DNA of 64,000 nt from Fervidobacterium sp. (GCA_049970055.1 JBMFNR010000001.1:320001-384000), one strand, 5' to 3'. Positions 37,774 through 48,345 are shown, numbered from the stretch's first letter. Numbers and translations: made by a program. The notes: generated by a model from the sequence alone, not told the origin.

Positions 37774-40525
37774 AATTTTGATTATACCAAGTGAAAAGTG
37801 TACAAACTTGGAAGGTTACTACTACATCCCCGATTATGATGTCTTACCATACGAAAACCTAAAACCTTCTTGGTACGTACGTTCAAGAAGAATATTTTCC
37901 TTGTATCTTGCACTGCAAGGTAAACTCAAAGGCATTGCCACACTAAGGTCGATTCTTCATTACGTTATGAAGCCGGAGGAATTTAAGAATCACATACATG
38001 CCTTCAAACGAGGAGATATCGTATCTTCATGGGAAGATTTATTCATTAAACTTGGTTACGAGCGTGTTTTTAATGTACGTGAGGGTGGAACATTTTCGAT
38101 ACGTGGTGAAATAATCGATTTCCTTGGTCCTGATAATGTTCCTGTAAGAATTGAATTGTACGATCATATGATTGAGGACATTAGAACATTTGACTTGAAA
38201 ACTCAAAGGAGTTTAGAGAAACTTGAAAGTGCCACTTTGCTGCCGGCAAGAGAGTTCGTTGTAGATTCTGAAAGGTTAGAAAGAGTAAGTTTAGAGCCCA
38301 TTGAAGAACAGTTAACTGGGAAATATGTAAATGGTACCTTTTTAGACTACGATGTAGCAGTGTTTGTTCAAAATAGGAAATCGTGTTTAGATCATTTTAT
38401 TTCCTTTGAACGCGAACTCAGAAATTCAATGAGTGTTGAGCGGAAAGAAGATTACAAAAGATACGGAATAATAGATTACGAAGTCGTACTTTCGAAAGCA
38501 AAAGAAGCGAATTTAGAAAAGGTTGAAGAAAAAAAATCTGCAAGTGTTGTTCATGCGTCAGAAGATTATCTATCGGCTCCAGTGATATCCGAAGAGGAAT
38601 TGCAAGTTGGAGATATTGTTGTACACAAGAAATATGGTGTGGCCAAGTTCTCTGAGCTTAAGAAAGTGGAAACTTCAAGCGGTCAAAGAGAATTCTTAGT
38701 ACTTGCTTTTGCTGATTCAACACTTTATGTGCCCATTGAAAGGATAGACTTGATAGATAAGTATATAGGTGATGACGTAAATGTAAAACTCGACTCGCTC
38801 AAAAAAGGTACATGGGCGAAAAAGGTATCGAAAGTAAAGAGAAACATCGAGACAATTGTGAGAGAATTGTTACTCATTCATCACATTAGAAATTCTACAA
38901 AAGGGATAACGTTACCTGGGCATGCTGAACTTGAAAGTGAATTTGCGAAAACTTTCCCTTACATTGAAACAGAAGATCAGCTTAAAGCCATAAATGAAGT
39001 ATTGGAAGATCTTGCTAGTGATAAACCAATGGACAGATTACTTGTTGGTGATGCTGGTTACGGGAAGACGGAAGTTGCCATTCGGGCAATTTTCAGGACT
39101 ATAGTTTCTGGAAAGCAAGCAGTTTTACTTGCTCCCACAACAGTGCTCGCTAAGCAACACTACGAGAATATTTCGGAGAGATTTAAACCTTTCGGAATAA
39201 AAGTAGCACTGCTGGACAGGTTCACAACGAAGAAACAGAAAGACGAGATAATTAAAGGTGTGAGAAGTGGTAAAATAGATCTTCTCATCGGCACACACAG
39301 TATTTTAAATAATGTTGTTTTTGCAGATCTTGGACTTGTCGTAGTAGATGAGGAGCAAAAGTTTGGAGTGGAGCAAAAGGAAAGGTTTAAAAAATTCAGA
39401 GTGAATGTCAATGTTTTATCTATGAGTGCAACACCCATCCCCAGAACTTTACACATGGCTTTTTCCGAACTCAAAGACCTTTCAGAGATCAAAACACCAC
39501 CATTTGGAAGAAAGGAGATACAAGTTCATATAGGACCGTACGACGAAAGGATCATTAAGCTTGCCATATTACGTGAAATTGGACGAGGTGGTCAGGTAAT
39601 ATACGTACACAACCGTGTGAATACAATCTACGATGTGTACGATAGATTAAATATGCTACTACCAGATGTGTCGATAGTCGTTGGGCATGGTCAACAATCA
39701 AAAAGCGAATTGAAGAAAGCTATCGATATGTTCTTCCATGGGAAAGCCGATGTATTGTTGTGCACAACAATTGTGGAAAATGGTGTAGATGTACCAAACG
39801 CGAATACTATAATTGTTGATGATGCTCATAGGTATGGTCTTGCGCAACTTTATCAACTTAGGGGACGTGTAGGTAGAAGCGATAAATTGTCCTTTGCATA
39901 CTTTTTCCATCCGCGACATGCAAATACTAAAGTTCTTGAAAGACTTTATGCAGTTAAATCTTACGTTGGACCTGGCAGTGGACTGAAGATAGCTATGAGA
40001 GATATGGAAATACGTGGTATTGGTGCCGTATTTGGACTTGAACAACATGGGTATATCAACGACGTTGGACTGAATTATTACCTTGAAATGTTGAACGAAG
40101 CAATCCAAGAAAGTAAAGGTGTTGTTATAAGTAAGATTGATACTGAGATCGAAGGGATTCCAGGTAGTATAGTGATACCTGAGTTCTACATATACGATCC
40201 TTTTGAAAGAATGAGAATTTACAGAAGGATAGCTTCAGTGACAAGTACCGAAGAGTTACTTGGAATAAGAGATGAATTACTCGATAGATTTGGAAAGCTT
40301 CCAGAGAGCGTTGAAAACCTTTTGAAGTATGCAATGCTTAGAGTCATTCTTTGGAAGATGGGTGTCAAAAAGGCTATTGTTGGTGATTCAAGCATAGCTG
40401 TTGAATTTAAATCAGGATTTTTTGAGAAGCTCTCTGATAAGTACATATACAACGAAAAAGAAAACACCTACATATTCTTAGTTGATGTTGATGAATTAGT
40501 GAGTGTACACGAGATTAGAGTTTAA
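37763..40525 (+). CDS. mfd: Transcription-repair coupling factor
   Basis: CarD-like GDIVVHKKYG, MDRLLVGDAGYGKTEVA, DEEQKFGV, SATPIPRTL, QLRGRVGR, TRCF C-terminus. Confidence 0.96.
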   Translation: MANEILIIPSEKCTNLEGYYYIPDYDVLPYENLKPSWYVRSRRIFSLYLALQGKLKGIATLRSILHYVMKPEEFKNHIHAFKRGDIVSSWEDLFIKLGYERVFNVREGGTFSIRGEIIDFLGPDNVPVRIELYDHMIEDIRTFDLKTQRSLEKLESATLLPAREFVVDSERLERVSLEPIEEQLTGKYVNGTFLDYDVAVFVQNRKSCLDHFISFERELRNSMSVERKEDYKRYGIIDYEVVLSKAKEANLEKVEEKKSASVVHASEDYLSAPVISEEELQVGDIVVHKKYGVAKFSELKKVETSSGQREFLVLAFADSTLYVPIERIDLIDKYIGDDVNVKLDSLKKGTWAKKVSKVKRNIETIVRELLLIHHIRNSTKGITLPGHAELESEFAKTFPYIETEDQLKAINEVLEDLASDKPMDRLLVGDAGYGKTEVAIRAIFRTIVSGKQAVLLAPTTVLAKQHYENISERFKPFGIKVALLDRFTTKKQKDEIIKGVRSGKIDLLIGTHSILNNVVFADLGLVVVDEEQKFGVEQKERFKKFRVNVNVLSMSATPIPRTLHMAFSELKDLSEIKTPPFGRKEIQVHIGPYDERIIKLAILREIGRGGQVIYVHNRVNTIYDVYDRLNMLLPDVSIVVGHGQQSKSELKKAIDMFFHGKADVLLCTTIVENGVDVPNANTIIVDDAHRYGLAQLYQLRGRVGRSDKLSFAYFFHPRHANTKVLERLYAVKSYVGPGSGLKIAMRDMEIRGIGAVFGLEQHGYINDVGLNYYLEMLNEAIQESKGVVISKIDTEIEGIPGSIVIPEFYIYDPFERMRIYRRIASVTSTEELLGIRDELLDRFGKLPESVENLLKYAMLRVILWKMGVKKAIVGDSSIAVEFKSGFFEKLSDKYIYNEKENTYIFLVDVDELVSVHEIRV

Positions 40526-40543
40526 TAAAGGGAGAGTAGTGAT

Positions 40544-41197
40544 TTGTACGTATATGGAACCATCGTAGAATCGTACGGAAAATATGTAAAAATAAAAGTT
40601 AAGGATGGAGAGTTTGTAATAAGAAGTGACAAAAAAGCTCCAAAAGAAGGAACAAAGATAGAAATAAAAGATTTTGGCAAGGGTGATTATTTGGCAAAGG
40701 TTCTGGCAAAGAAACCCGGTGAATTTGAGGAACTACCAAGTGTCCGGTTTATCGATATTTCTGAAAAGCTTCTTTCAGGTGTAAACGTAAAACATCTAGA
40801 TACTCTTTCCGTTGCACTGGCACTTTTTTTGGAAGAGTTAGCCAAGAGAATAGACTTAACTCATCTTTTGATGCTAAAATTACAAAACATCCTTAGTGGC
40901 GACAGTTCAGAAGAAGAGGGAAAATTTTTAAGATACTTGAACTTATTATCTGGCAGATACGGTTTAAAAAGTGAAAAGAATACTGTGGTTTTTATGGATA
41001 GAAAACTCAAAACGTTTTTGGTCTTTCTTGAAGATAACAAAATTTTTGGCAAGGTGACGGAAGGTATTCAAGATTCCGTAATTTTGTACTTTGAGAAAGT
41101 TCCAGATAACGCGAAATTGCTTGAAGAATCTTTGAAAAGATACTTTCAGGTTGTGTTGATAAAACTTGAAAGTTTTTCGGAAGGAGCGTATGTATAG
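40544..41197 (+). CDS. Hypothetical protein upstream of the FlhB-domain gene
   Basis: 217-codon ORF with TTG start and RBS; operonic; no recognised motif. Confidence 0.6.
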   Translation: MYVYGTIVESYGKYVKIKVKDGEFVIRSDKKAPKEGTKIEIKDFGKGDYLAKVLAKKPGEFEELPSVRFIDISEKLLSGVNVKHLDTLSVALALFLEELAKRIDLTHLLMLKLQNILSGDSSEEEGKFLRYLNLLSGRYGLKSEKNTVVFMDRKLKTFLVFLEDNKIFGKVTEGIQDSVILYFEKVPDNAKLLEESLKRYFQVVLIKLESFSEGAYV

Positions 41198-41199
41198 AA

Positions 41200-41511
41200 A
41201 TGTATAAAACAGATGAGAAGATCAAGCACGATTGCACAGAGAAATTAGCGGCAGCTTTGAGATATCAATCAGGAAGAGATTTTGCACCATTTATAGTGGC
41301 AAAAGGGAAATGCTATATGGCTGAAGCTATAATCAAAAAAGCTCAGCAGAGTAATGTGCCGATAGTGAAATCACCGGAGCTTGTTGATGAACTTTTTAGG
41401 CTCGATGTACTTGAGATGATTCCTTCAAAATTATACGTTGCTGTTGCGGAAGTTCTTGCTTTTGTTCAATTACAAAATATGGAAAAAGGTAGTGAAAAAT
41501 CGGGACTTTAG
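41200..41511 (+). CDS. Stand-alone FlhB C-terminal-domain protein (FlhX/YlqH-like)
   Basis: AAALRY...APFIVAKG...AEAII..A....VPI...IPSKLYVAVAEVLAFV. Confidence 0.88.
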   Translation: MYKTDEKIKHDCTEKLAAALRYQSGRDFAPFIVAKGKCYMAEAIIKKAQQSNVPIVKSPELVDELFRLDVLEMIPSKLYVAVAEVLAFVQLQNMEKGSEKSGL

Positions 41512-41529
41512 GGTAAGGAGGCGACCAAT

Positions 41530-42480
41530 ATGAAGAAAAAGTTGATTTTACTGATCACTGTAATTTTCGTAACTTTTGCTTTTACACAAATATCGTTTGA
41601 AATTATCATAGGTTTTGGAAATGTTCCTACGTTCAGTTTGGATAATTTACCCGATTACTCTGTGGTGATATACGTTGGCGAACCTTTTGTAGATGTGTAC
41701 ATAGACAGTCTATTTGTCGGAAAAACAGATGCTTTCGGTAGGTTGATTGTGCAATTTTCCTCCGAAGGATACCACGTTGTTTGGGTAGTGAGTTCAAACG
41801 AATTTATAAATTATGAAAAAGTGATATTCAAAGTTGAGAAAAAACCAAGTTACGTCTATGTTCGAAACACTGGTCTTGGTAAACTAACGGTATTTTCAAA
41901 CGCTTACCCTGTCTACGTTTATCTACCAGACGGTAAAGGCGCTGGAATTATAGAGAAGTATGGCGATAGTTTATTGCTACCGGTTGGAAATTACAAGGTA
42001 AGATTGAGCTCGCCAGGTTATGAAAGCGTAGAATCCCAGGTCAACATACTATTTAAAAAAGATAATCCTCTATGGGTTGAATTTAAACCTCTCCCGTTCA
42101 ATTTAGAGCTGATAGTAAAACCTAAAATATTTTCACCAAACGGCGATTGGAAGGATGATGAGTGTTACATAAAGATTTATTCCTCAAGAAAAGCTGACGG
42201 AGTACTTCAAATAAGTGATTTTTCTGGTAAAATTGTATACGAAAGAAAAATTTCAGTCCAACCCGGTACAACAGAGATAAAGTGGGATGGTGGAGGAAAT
42301 AAGGACGGTACTTATACCGTCACTGTTTTGTTATCAGACGGTATTTCTAAAATCGAAAGAAAGGTGAATGTAATAATAGACACAACTACTTATACGTACA
42401 CAAAAGAAATAACATTGACGATATTGGGGTTATTTTTGGCACTTATGGGATATTTAATTTACACGACCGTAAATCAGTAA
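41530..42480 (+). CDS. Exported PEGA-like / FlgD Ig-like domain protein with C-terminal membrane anchor
   Basis: Signal peptide, VYIDSLFVGKT, FSPNGD..DD, WDG...DGTYTV, C-terminal TM helix. Confidence 0.65.
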   Translation: MKKKLILLITVIFVTFAFTQISFEIIIGFGNVPTFSLDNLPDYSVVIYVGEPFVDVYIDSLFVGKTDAFGRLIVQFSSEGYHVVWVVSSNEFINYEKVIFKVEKKPSYVYVRNTGLGKLTVFSNAYPVYVYLPDGKGAGIIEKYGDSLLLPVGNYKVRLSSPGYESVESQVNILFKKDNPLWVEFKPLPFNLELIVKPKIFSPNGDWKDDECYIKIYSSRKADGVLQISDFSGKIVYERKISVQPGTTEIKWDGGGNKDGTYTVTVLLSDGISKIERKVNVIIDTTTYTYTKEITLTILGLFLALMGYLIYTTVNQ

Positions 42481-42530
42481 TCATTTAGAAAAATGTGGAA
42501 TTAGTACCAAATAAACTTGGAGGTGTAAGT

Positions 42531-43640
42531 GTGATTACGTACGAAATGAAACAACGAATCGATGAACTTAAGAAGAAATACGATGATATCATTGAGGTTT
42601 TCCACCCGGAAGATAAGAAAGAGAAGTTAAAAGAATTAGAGCGAGAAACTTTGGATCCAAATTTTTGGAACGACCAGAAAAAAGCCCAGCAGGTAAATCG
42701 AGAGATCCAAAGGATCCGCAAAATAGTTGAAGATATGGAGAAGATCAAAACACTTTTTGAAGATATAGAAGTTGGTATAGAGCTTGCGGAAGAAGATCTA
42801 TCGATGCAGGAGCACTTAGAAGAAATAATCGATGAAGTTGCTCAAAAAATTAGGGAATTTGAGTTGGCGTTGATACTTAATGGTAAATTCGATAGCTCAA
42901 ATGCGTATCTTTCTATCCATCCTGGAGCCGGTGGCACTGAGTCACAGGATTGGGCTTCAATGCTTTTGAGAATGTACACGAGGTGGGCAGAGAGGAAAGG
43001 TTTTTCTGTAGAGTTAGTTGATTACCAAGAGGGAGAAGAAGCGGGCATTAAGAGTGCAACACTTTACATAAAAGGTGATTTTGCTTATGGATATCTGAAA
43101 TATGAAAGAGGAGTACATAGGCTTGTACGTATCTCTCCATTCGATGCTAACAAAAGGAGACATACTTCTTTTGCTTCCGTCAATGTTCTGCCTGAAATAG
43201 AGGATGATATAGATATAGAAATAAGGCCAGAAGATCTCAGGATTGATACGTACAGAGCAAGCGGTGCGGGTGGTCAGTACGTTAATAAGACCGAATCAGC
43301 TATAAGAATAACCCATATACCTACTGGTATTGTAGTCACATGTCAAACTGAACGGTCACAATTACAAAACAGAGAAACAGCGATGAAGATGTTGAAAGCA
43401 AGACTTTATCAACTGGAGTTAGAAAAAAGAAGAAGGCAGCTTGAGCAAATTCAAGGAGAGTTAAGAGATATCAGTTGGGGTAATCAGATACGTTCGTACG
43501 TGTTCCAACCATACACAATGGTGAAAGACCACAGAACAGATGTGGAAACTGGTAACATTGAAGCTGTTATGGATGGAGAGATCGATATGTTTATAGAAGC
43601 TGAATTAGTTTACTATGCGAAGATGGGTATAAATGAATAA
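42531..43640 (+). CDS. prfB: Peptide chain release factor 2
   Basis: [14 protein letters not shown] motif, [17 protein letters not shown]. Continuous frame; GTG 42531 behind GGAGG. Confidence 0.98.
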   Translation: MITYEMKQRIDELKKKYDDIIEVFHPEDKKEKLKELERETLDPNFWNDQKKAQQVNREIQRIRKIVEDMEKIKTLFEDIEVGIELAEEDLSMQEHLEEIIDEVAQKIREFELALILNGKFDSSNAYLSIHPGAGGTESQDWASMLLRMYTRWAERKGFSVELVDYQEGEEAGIKSATLYIKGDFAYGYLKYERGVHRLVRISPFDANKRRHTSFASVNVLPEIEDDIDIEIRPEDLRIDTYRASGAGGQYVNKTESAIRITHIPTGIVVTCQTERSQLQNRETAMKMLKARLYQLELEKRRRQLEQIQGELRDISWGNQIRSYVFQPYTMVKDHRTDVETGNIEAVMDGEIDMFIEAELVYYAKMGINE

Positions 43641-43691
43641 TTACAAATAATTGAGAATAATTGCGAATAACTATGTGGGGAGTGGGTTCTG

Positions 43692-44507
43692 ATGAATATT
43701 AAACCGAAAGTTTTTGTTGTAACATCAGGCAAAGGTGGTGTTGGTAAAACAACATTCACTTCGAATTTGGGATGTACACTTGCGAAGATGGGCGAACGTG
43801 TATGCCTTATAGATGCGGACATAGGTTTGAAGAACTTAGATGTTGTTTTAGGTTTGGAAAACAGGATCATATATACATCTTTTGATGTTGTAAACGGTAC
43901 AGTTTCAGCAAAGGAAGCCTTAGTAAAACACAAACAGTTGAAAAACCTTTACCTTTTAGCTGCTTCGCAGGTGGCAACGAAAGAGATGATGGCACCTGAA
44001 GATATGAAAAGGATTGTACAAGAATTGTATGACGATTTTGATTACATACTCATAGATTCGCCAGCTGGTATAGAAAGAGGATTTAGAAACTCCGTGGCAC
44101 CAGCCGAGGCGGCATTTATAGTTACAACCCCCGAACTTCCTGCTATCTCTGATGCAGACAGAGTGATAGGTTTACTTGAAAACTACGGTTTCACGGAAGA
44201 TAAAATGTACATAGTGCTTAATAAATTTAAAGTGCACATGGCAAAACGTGGTGATATGCTTGACAAAAGTGATGTTGAAAAAGCTCTTGCAATGAGACTG
44301 ATAGGTGTTATACCAGATTCCGAGGAAGTTATTGTAGCAACTAACAAAGGTATTCCCGCTGTACTTGAGGATGGTTTAGTAATTGGAAAGAGTTTTGAGA
44401 ATATCGTCAGAAGAATCAAGGGGGAAGATATACCAATAGACGAAGATCTAAAAGGTGTATCGAAAGGATTTCTTTCTTCGTTACTTTCTATGTTTAAGAA
44501 GAGGTGA
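43692..44507 (+). CDS. minD: Septum site-determining ATPase
   Basis: SGKGGVGKTT, DADIGLKNLDVVLGLENR, DSPAGIE, C-terminal amphipathic GFLSSLLSMF. Confidence 0.96.
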   Translation: MNIKPKVFVVTSGKGGVGKTTFTSNLGCTLAKMGERVCLIDADIGLKNLDVVLGLENRIIYTSFDVVNGTVSAKEALVKHKQLKNLYLLAASQVATKEMMAPEDMKRIVQELYDDFDYILIDSPAGIERGFRNSVAPAEAAFIVTTPELPAISDADRVIGLLENYGFTEDKMYIVLNKFKVHMAKRGDMLDKSDVEKALAMRLIGVIPDSEEVIVATNKGIPAVLEDGLVIGKSFENIVRRIKGEDIPIDEDLKGVSKGFLSSLLSMFKKR

Positions 44508-44788
44508 TTGTGATGTGGATTATAGACATATTTAAAAAGAAAAAACATAAAAATACCAAATCACCGAAAGAAGAGGCCGCCGAAAGACTTGAAACGATGC
44601 TTACAAGAAGAAGAGAAATTGTGAAAGTGATTCCTGTTGAAGACTTTGAAGCAAATTCTGAAGAAATAAAATATGCGGTTATCGAGACAATTTCGAAGAA
44701 GTTCAATATTCCGCCCGAGAAAGTTAGGGTTGATTACCATGAACAGAATGGTTATGTAGTTATCGTAACAAATGTGAATTTCAAATAA
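44504..44788 (+). CDS. minE: MinE-like topological specificity factor
   Basis: Overlaps minD stop; amphipathic N-terminus and SPKEEAAERLETML..RR resembling the MinE contact helix. Confidence 0.65.
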   Translation: MIVMWIIDIFKKKKHKNTKSPKEEAAERLETMLTRRREIVKVIPVEDFEANSEEIKYAVIETISKKFNIPPEKVRVDYHEQNGYVVIVTNVNFK

Positions 44789-44827
44789 GAAAAAGTGTAA
44801 ATTAAAAAAGAAGGTGTAAAGTTTTAC

Positions 44828-45571
44828 ATGCTAAAAAAACAGTTGATATTCTTCTTAATTATTGCGTTTGTTTTATCCATGTTAAGTAGTTGTGCATACC
44901 TTTTAAGTCATATAGTTTCTCCTGGTAATCAAAAACAATACACAGCAAACGTGTATATAACAGGCTTACCAAAGGAGATCTTTGACAGAACAGGTGCTAA
45001 GACATATCAAGATTTAAAAATCAGTGAAACAACGTTGAGTATAGATTTCTACGTAAGTGGAAACAAATATGTGTACACTGAATCGAAGATTTCATCTATT
45101 TCAAACGGCCTAACTTACGACTTTCCTGGTCCAGAATCTAACAAAATCACAATTCAGGCAACGTTTACTATCAGTTATAGTACAGATACATCACTAATTG
45201 CTTATCAAAGCGTTGTGAGTATACCAATAAAAGAATACACACTCCCAAACAATGTGAAGAATTTCTACGTTTTTATTGATATACCATACTCGGACAGCTC
45301 TACACCGACGGTAAAACTCATCGACTCGGCAAGAGCTTACAAATTTATTTTAAGGACCCAAAACAGTGAGATAGTAAGAATTTTCGGTTCTGAAAATACA
45401 CATGTCTTACTAACAACAGAATCTGCCGACTATAAGCAATGTACTTTTGTTGTTGATAGAACAATTTCAAATGTATATACTTTTCAATCCGAAAGTGGTG
45501 TTACGAAACAAGGAGATCCAAAACCCATAGGAAGTGGACAAGATCAAGAAGTGATAGATTTAAGTAATTAA
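44828..45571 (+). CDS. Hypothetical lipoprotein
   Basis: Lipobox LSSC after a hydrophobic signal; Ser/Thr-rich beta-like sequence. Confidence 0.65.
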   Translation: MLKKQLIFFLIIAFVLSMLSSCAYLLSHIVSPGNQKQYTANVYITGLPKEIFDRTGAKTYQDLKISETTLSIDFYVSGNKYVYTESKISSISNGLTYDFPGPESNKITIQATFTISYSTDTSLIAYQSVVSIPIKEYTLPNNVKNFYVFIDIPYSDSSTPTVKLIDSARAYKFILRTQNSEIVRIFGSENTHVLLTTESADYKQCTFVVDRTISNVYTFQSESGVTKQGDPKPIGSGQDQEVIDLSN

Positions 45572-45677
45572 TTGTAATCATTTGTAGTTAATTTCGCAGT
45601 TAATTTTAATTAATTTACGGATGAGTCAATCGATAAAATTTTTATTTTCGAGGGGTTGCAAAAGGAGTGCAATGTGA

Positions 45678-45971
45678 GTGAAAGTTAAAAAGAAGAGAGA
45701 AAAAAAGTACAAAATAGATATCTTAGTTCTGTTCTACATTGTTCTTTTCATAGTTTTTTTGAGTTATTTTCTTACAATTTTTCTAAAATATAGCGCTTTG
45801 TTAGAAGAATACAAAACAGTTAAAGAGGCATATGAACAGGAGAAAGAAAAGCTAAAAGAGAAAGAGGAACAAGTTAAAAAATTAATAAAAGAACTCGAAA
45901 ATAGGGAGGCCTCGGATACAAGTGTCAAGTCGCCAAGCACACCAACACAATATGGAATACCTTCGTTTTGA
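45678..45971 (+). CDS. Bitopic coiled-coil protein, FtsB/FtsL/DivIC-like
   Basis: Basic N-terminus, one TM helix, then a coiled coil. Confidence 0.5.
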   Translation: MKVKKKREKKYKIDILVLFYIVLFIVFLSYFLTIFLKYSALLEEYKTVKEAYEQEKEKLKEKEEQVKKLIKELENREASDTSVKSPSTPTQYGIPSF

Positions 45972-46755
45972 AAATTCAAAAAGGATAGTTGTAACAACAT
46001 CGCATAATTTTACACAAAAAGCGGTAGAGTTTGCGAAAACACTTTCAAAAGAGTTTTCAATCCCTTATTACAACAGAAGGCACCTATCTGAGAGAGTGAA
46101 AAATGGTGAAATAGATTTTTATTATGTTGTAGATAATAATCTAAATTTGGTCATTCATGTTGGAAACCAAAAGCTTTTCTTCCACCCAGGAATTGCGAAG
46201 ATAAGAATGGAAAATTACAAAAAAGAGGGAAGAGATTATTTACTCGAAGCTATACAACCTGAAAGTTCAGATATCGTCTATGATGGCACCTTTGGACTTG
46301 GCATGGATGCTGTATTTGTAGCACATTTTGTTGGTAAAGTTGTGGGGACAGAAGTTTCACCACATATATACAGGGTCGTTTCGCATGGATTGAGGGTATA
46401 CCATTCAAAGGAAGAGTGGATAAACAACGCCATCAAAAAGATAGAACTCTACAACGAAGATATGAAGGAATTCGTAAAAGGACAGCCAGATAAGTCTTTC
46501 GATATTGTATACTGTGATCCGATGTTTGAAAATCCAGTCTTTGAAAGTTCCGCACTTAACCCAATAAGACCGTTGGCAAGTTACGATTCGTTAAACGACG
46601 AGATAATACAGCAGTTAATAAGAATAGCAAAAAAACGGGTTGTTATAAAATCGTTGGAAAAAGATAGACTAATTGATAGATTAAGTATAAAATTTACAAG
46701 GGTGATTCTTAGTCGAAAGAACGGTCTTTTATTTGCTTGTATAGACTTAAAGTGA
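45922..46755 (+). CDS. Class I SAM-dependent methyltransferase (RsmJ/YpiP-like)
   Basis: FFHPG, DGTFGLGMDA, FDIVYCDPMF, AKKRVVIK. Confidence 0.8.
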   Translation: MSSRQAHQHNMEYLRFENSKRIVVTTSHNFTQKAVEFAKTLSKEFSIPYYNRRHLSERVKNGEIDFYYVVDNNLNLVIHVGNQKLFFHPGIAKIRMENYKKEGRDYLLEAIQPESSDIVYDGTFGLGMDAVFVAHFVGKVVGTEVSPHIYRVVSHGLRVYHSKEEWINNAIKKIELYNEDMKEFVKGQPDKSFDIVYCDPMFENPVFESSALNPIRPLASYDSLNDEIIQQLIRIAKKRVVIKSLEKDRLIDRLSIKFTRVILSRKNGLLFACIDLK

Positions 46756-46790
46756 GTTTTTGTTGAGTCTTAAAAATGGAGGTGGCAGTG

Positions 46791-47708
46791 TTGGGATTTT
46801 TTGATAAACTAAAAGAGGGGCTTAGAAAAAGCAGGGAAACATTCTTCAATAAAATAGGGCAGATACTTAGACTTGGAAAGTTTGACGCACAAACGAGAGA
46901 AGAAATAGAAGAAATGCTCATTCTTGCAGATGTTGGGGTAGAAGCTACTGAGTACATCTTAGAGAAGCTTGAAGCAATGAAACCCGAAGACGCGTTTGGA
47001 GCTTTGAAAGAAATACTTGTTCAAATATTAAGTGGAAACAACGCGCTAAGCGTGCCTCAAGAAAAACCATTCGTGATAAATCTTGTTGGTGTGAATGGAT
47101 CCGGTAAGACAACAACTTGTGGAAAACTAGCATATATGTTTAAAAATGAAGGCAAACAAGTTGTAATCGGAGCATGCGATACCTTTAGAGCAGCAGCAAT
47201 AGACCAGCTAAAGGTATGGGCAGACAGATCAGGTGCAACGTTCATCGCCCACACAGAAGGAGCAGATGCAGCAGCCGTAGCGTACGATGCCGTCAGCCAT
47301 GCATTTTCAAAGAGTAAGGATGTTGTAATACTAGACACCGCGGGACGATTGCACAACAAAAAGCATTTGATGGACGAGCTTCAAAAAATAAATAGAGTGA
47401 TTCAAAAGGTTGTACCAAATGCACCACACGAAGTTTTGCTTGTTATGGACGCGGTGACTGGACAAAATGGTTTACAGCAAGCGAAGATATTTAAAGAAGT
47501 GGTTAATGTGACTGGCATCGTTTTGACAAAACTTGATGGTACGGCTAAGGGGGGTATAGCTATAGCGATTGCAAAAGAGCTTGGCATTCCTATTAAATTC
47601 ATAGGTGTTGGTGAAGGGATCGATGACTTAAAACCATTTGATCCTGTTGCTTTTGTTGAGGCACTTATGTTGGGAGATGAAGATTCAAATGCCGGATCTG
47701 TGGGATAA
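46791..47708 (+). CDS. ftsY: Signal recognition particle receptor
   Basis: GFFDKLKEGL, GVNGSGKTT, DTFRAAA, DTAGR, TKLDGTAKGG. Confidence 0.97.
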   Translation: MGFFDKLKEGLRKSRETFFNKIGQILRLGKFDAQTREEIEEMLILADVGVEATEYILEKLEAMKPEDAFGALKEILVQILSGNNALSVPQEKPFVINLVGVNGSGKTTTCGKLAYMFKNEGKQVVIGACDTFRAAAIDQLKVWADRSGATFIAHTEGADAAAVAYDAVSHAFSKSKDVVILDTAGRLHNKKHLMDELQKINRVIQKVVPNAPHEVLLVMDAVTGQNGLQQAKIFKEVVNVTGIVLTKLDGTAKGGIAIAIAKELGIPIKFIGVGEGIDDLKPFDPVAFVEALMLGDEDSNAGSVG

Positions 47709-48345
47709 AACTTATAAATGTCCGCTTTGTGGAAGTACTGTGAAAAGTAAGAAGGTTTTTACGGATAAGATAAAAATAAAAAGTTACGACCCGGATATGA
47801 AACCAAATTACGAAGGTGTGAATGCCCTACTCTACTCTGTTGTTGTTTGTGAACAATGTTACTATGCAGCACTAGAAAATGATTTTGAAGGTAATATTTC
47901 ACCTATTTACCTTGATGAAATACACAAGGTCCAGCAAAAGATAAAGGTTCGCACTGAAATAATTTTTTCAAGTGAGCGTGATCATAAAACTGCTATTCTT
48001 TCCTACGCACTTGCTTCTTTGTTCTATGAGGCAAAGAAACAGCCCTGTAAATCGGCTGAGATGTTTTTAAGGATGTCATGGCTTTACAGAGAAATTAGCG
48101 ATAATGATAACGAGTACAAAGCTATGGCAAAAGCCCTCTTAAAATTCGAAGAATGCTTTACGAATTCTTATGTAGATCAAGAAAAAGAGCCAATGGTAAT
48201 TTTTTACCTTGGTGAGTTATCCCATAGACTTGGCAAGAAAGAGGATGCAAAACGGTGGTTCTCTTTGCTTTTAAACAAGTACAAAGACTCAAAATCATAC
48301 TACGTTAAGGCAGGTAGGGATAGATGGCAGGAGATAAAAGAGTGA
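47689..48345 (+). CDS. DUF2225-like zinc-ribbon / TPR-like protein
   Basis: CPLC...CEQCYYA, LRMSWLYR, YLGELSHRLG...A..WF. Confidence 0.7.
   Translation: MPDLWDKTYKCPLCGSTVKSKKVFTDKIKIKSYDPDMKPNYEGVNALLYSVVVCEQCYYAALENDFEGNISPIYLDEIHKVQQKIKVRTEIIFSSERDHKTAILSYALASLFYEAKKQPCKSAEMFLRMSWLYREISDNDNEYKAMAKALLKFEECFTNSYVDQEKEPMVIFYLGELSHRLGKKEDAKRWFSLLLNKYKDSKSYYVKAGRDRWQEIKE

Noticed and set aside
37763..40525. Mfd truncation as pseudogenisation
   Set aside because: The frame is intact with all motor and TRCF motifs; a shortened N-terminal region is consistent with Thermotogota Mfd.
42531..42640. Programmed +1 frameshift in prfB
   Set aside because: The frame is continuous with no CTT-TGA slippery site; frameshift-free prfB is common.
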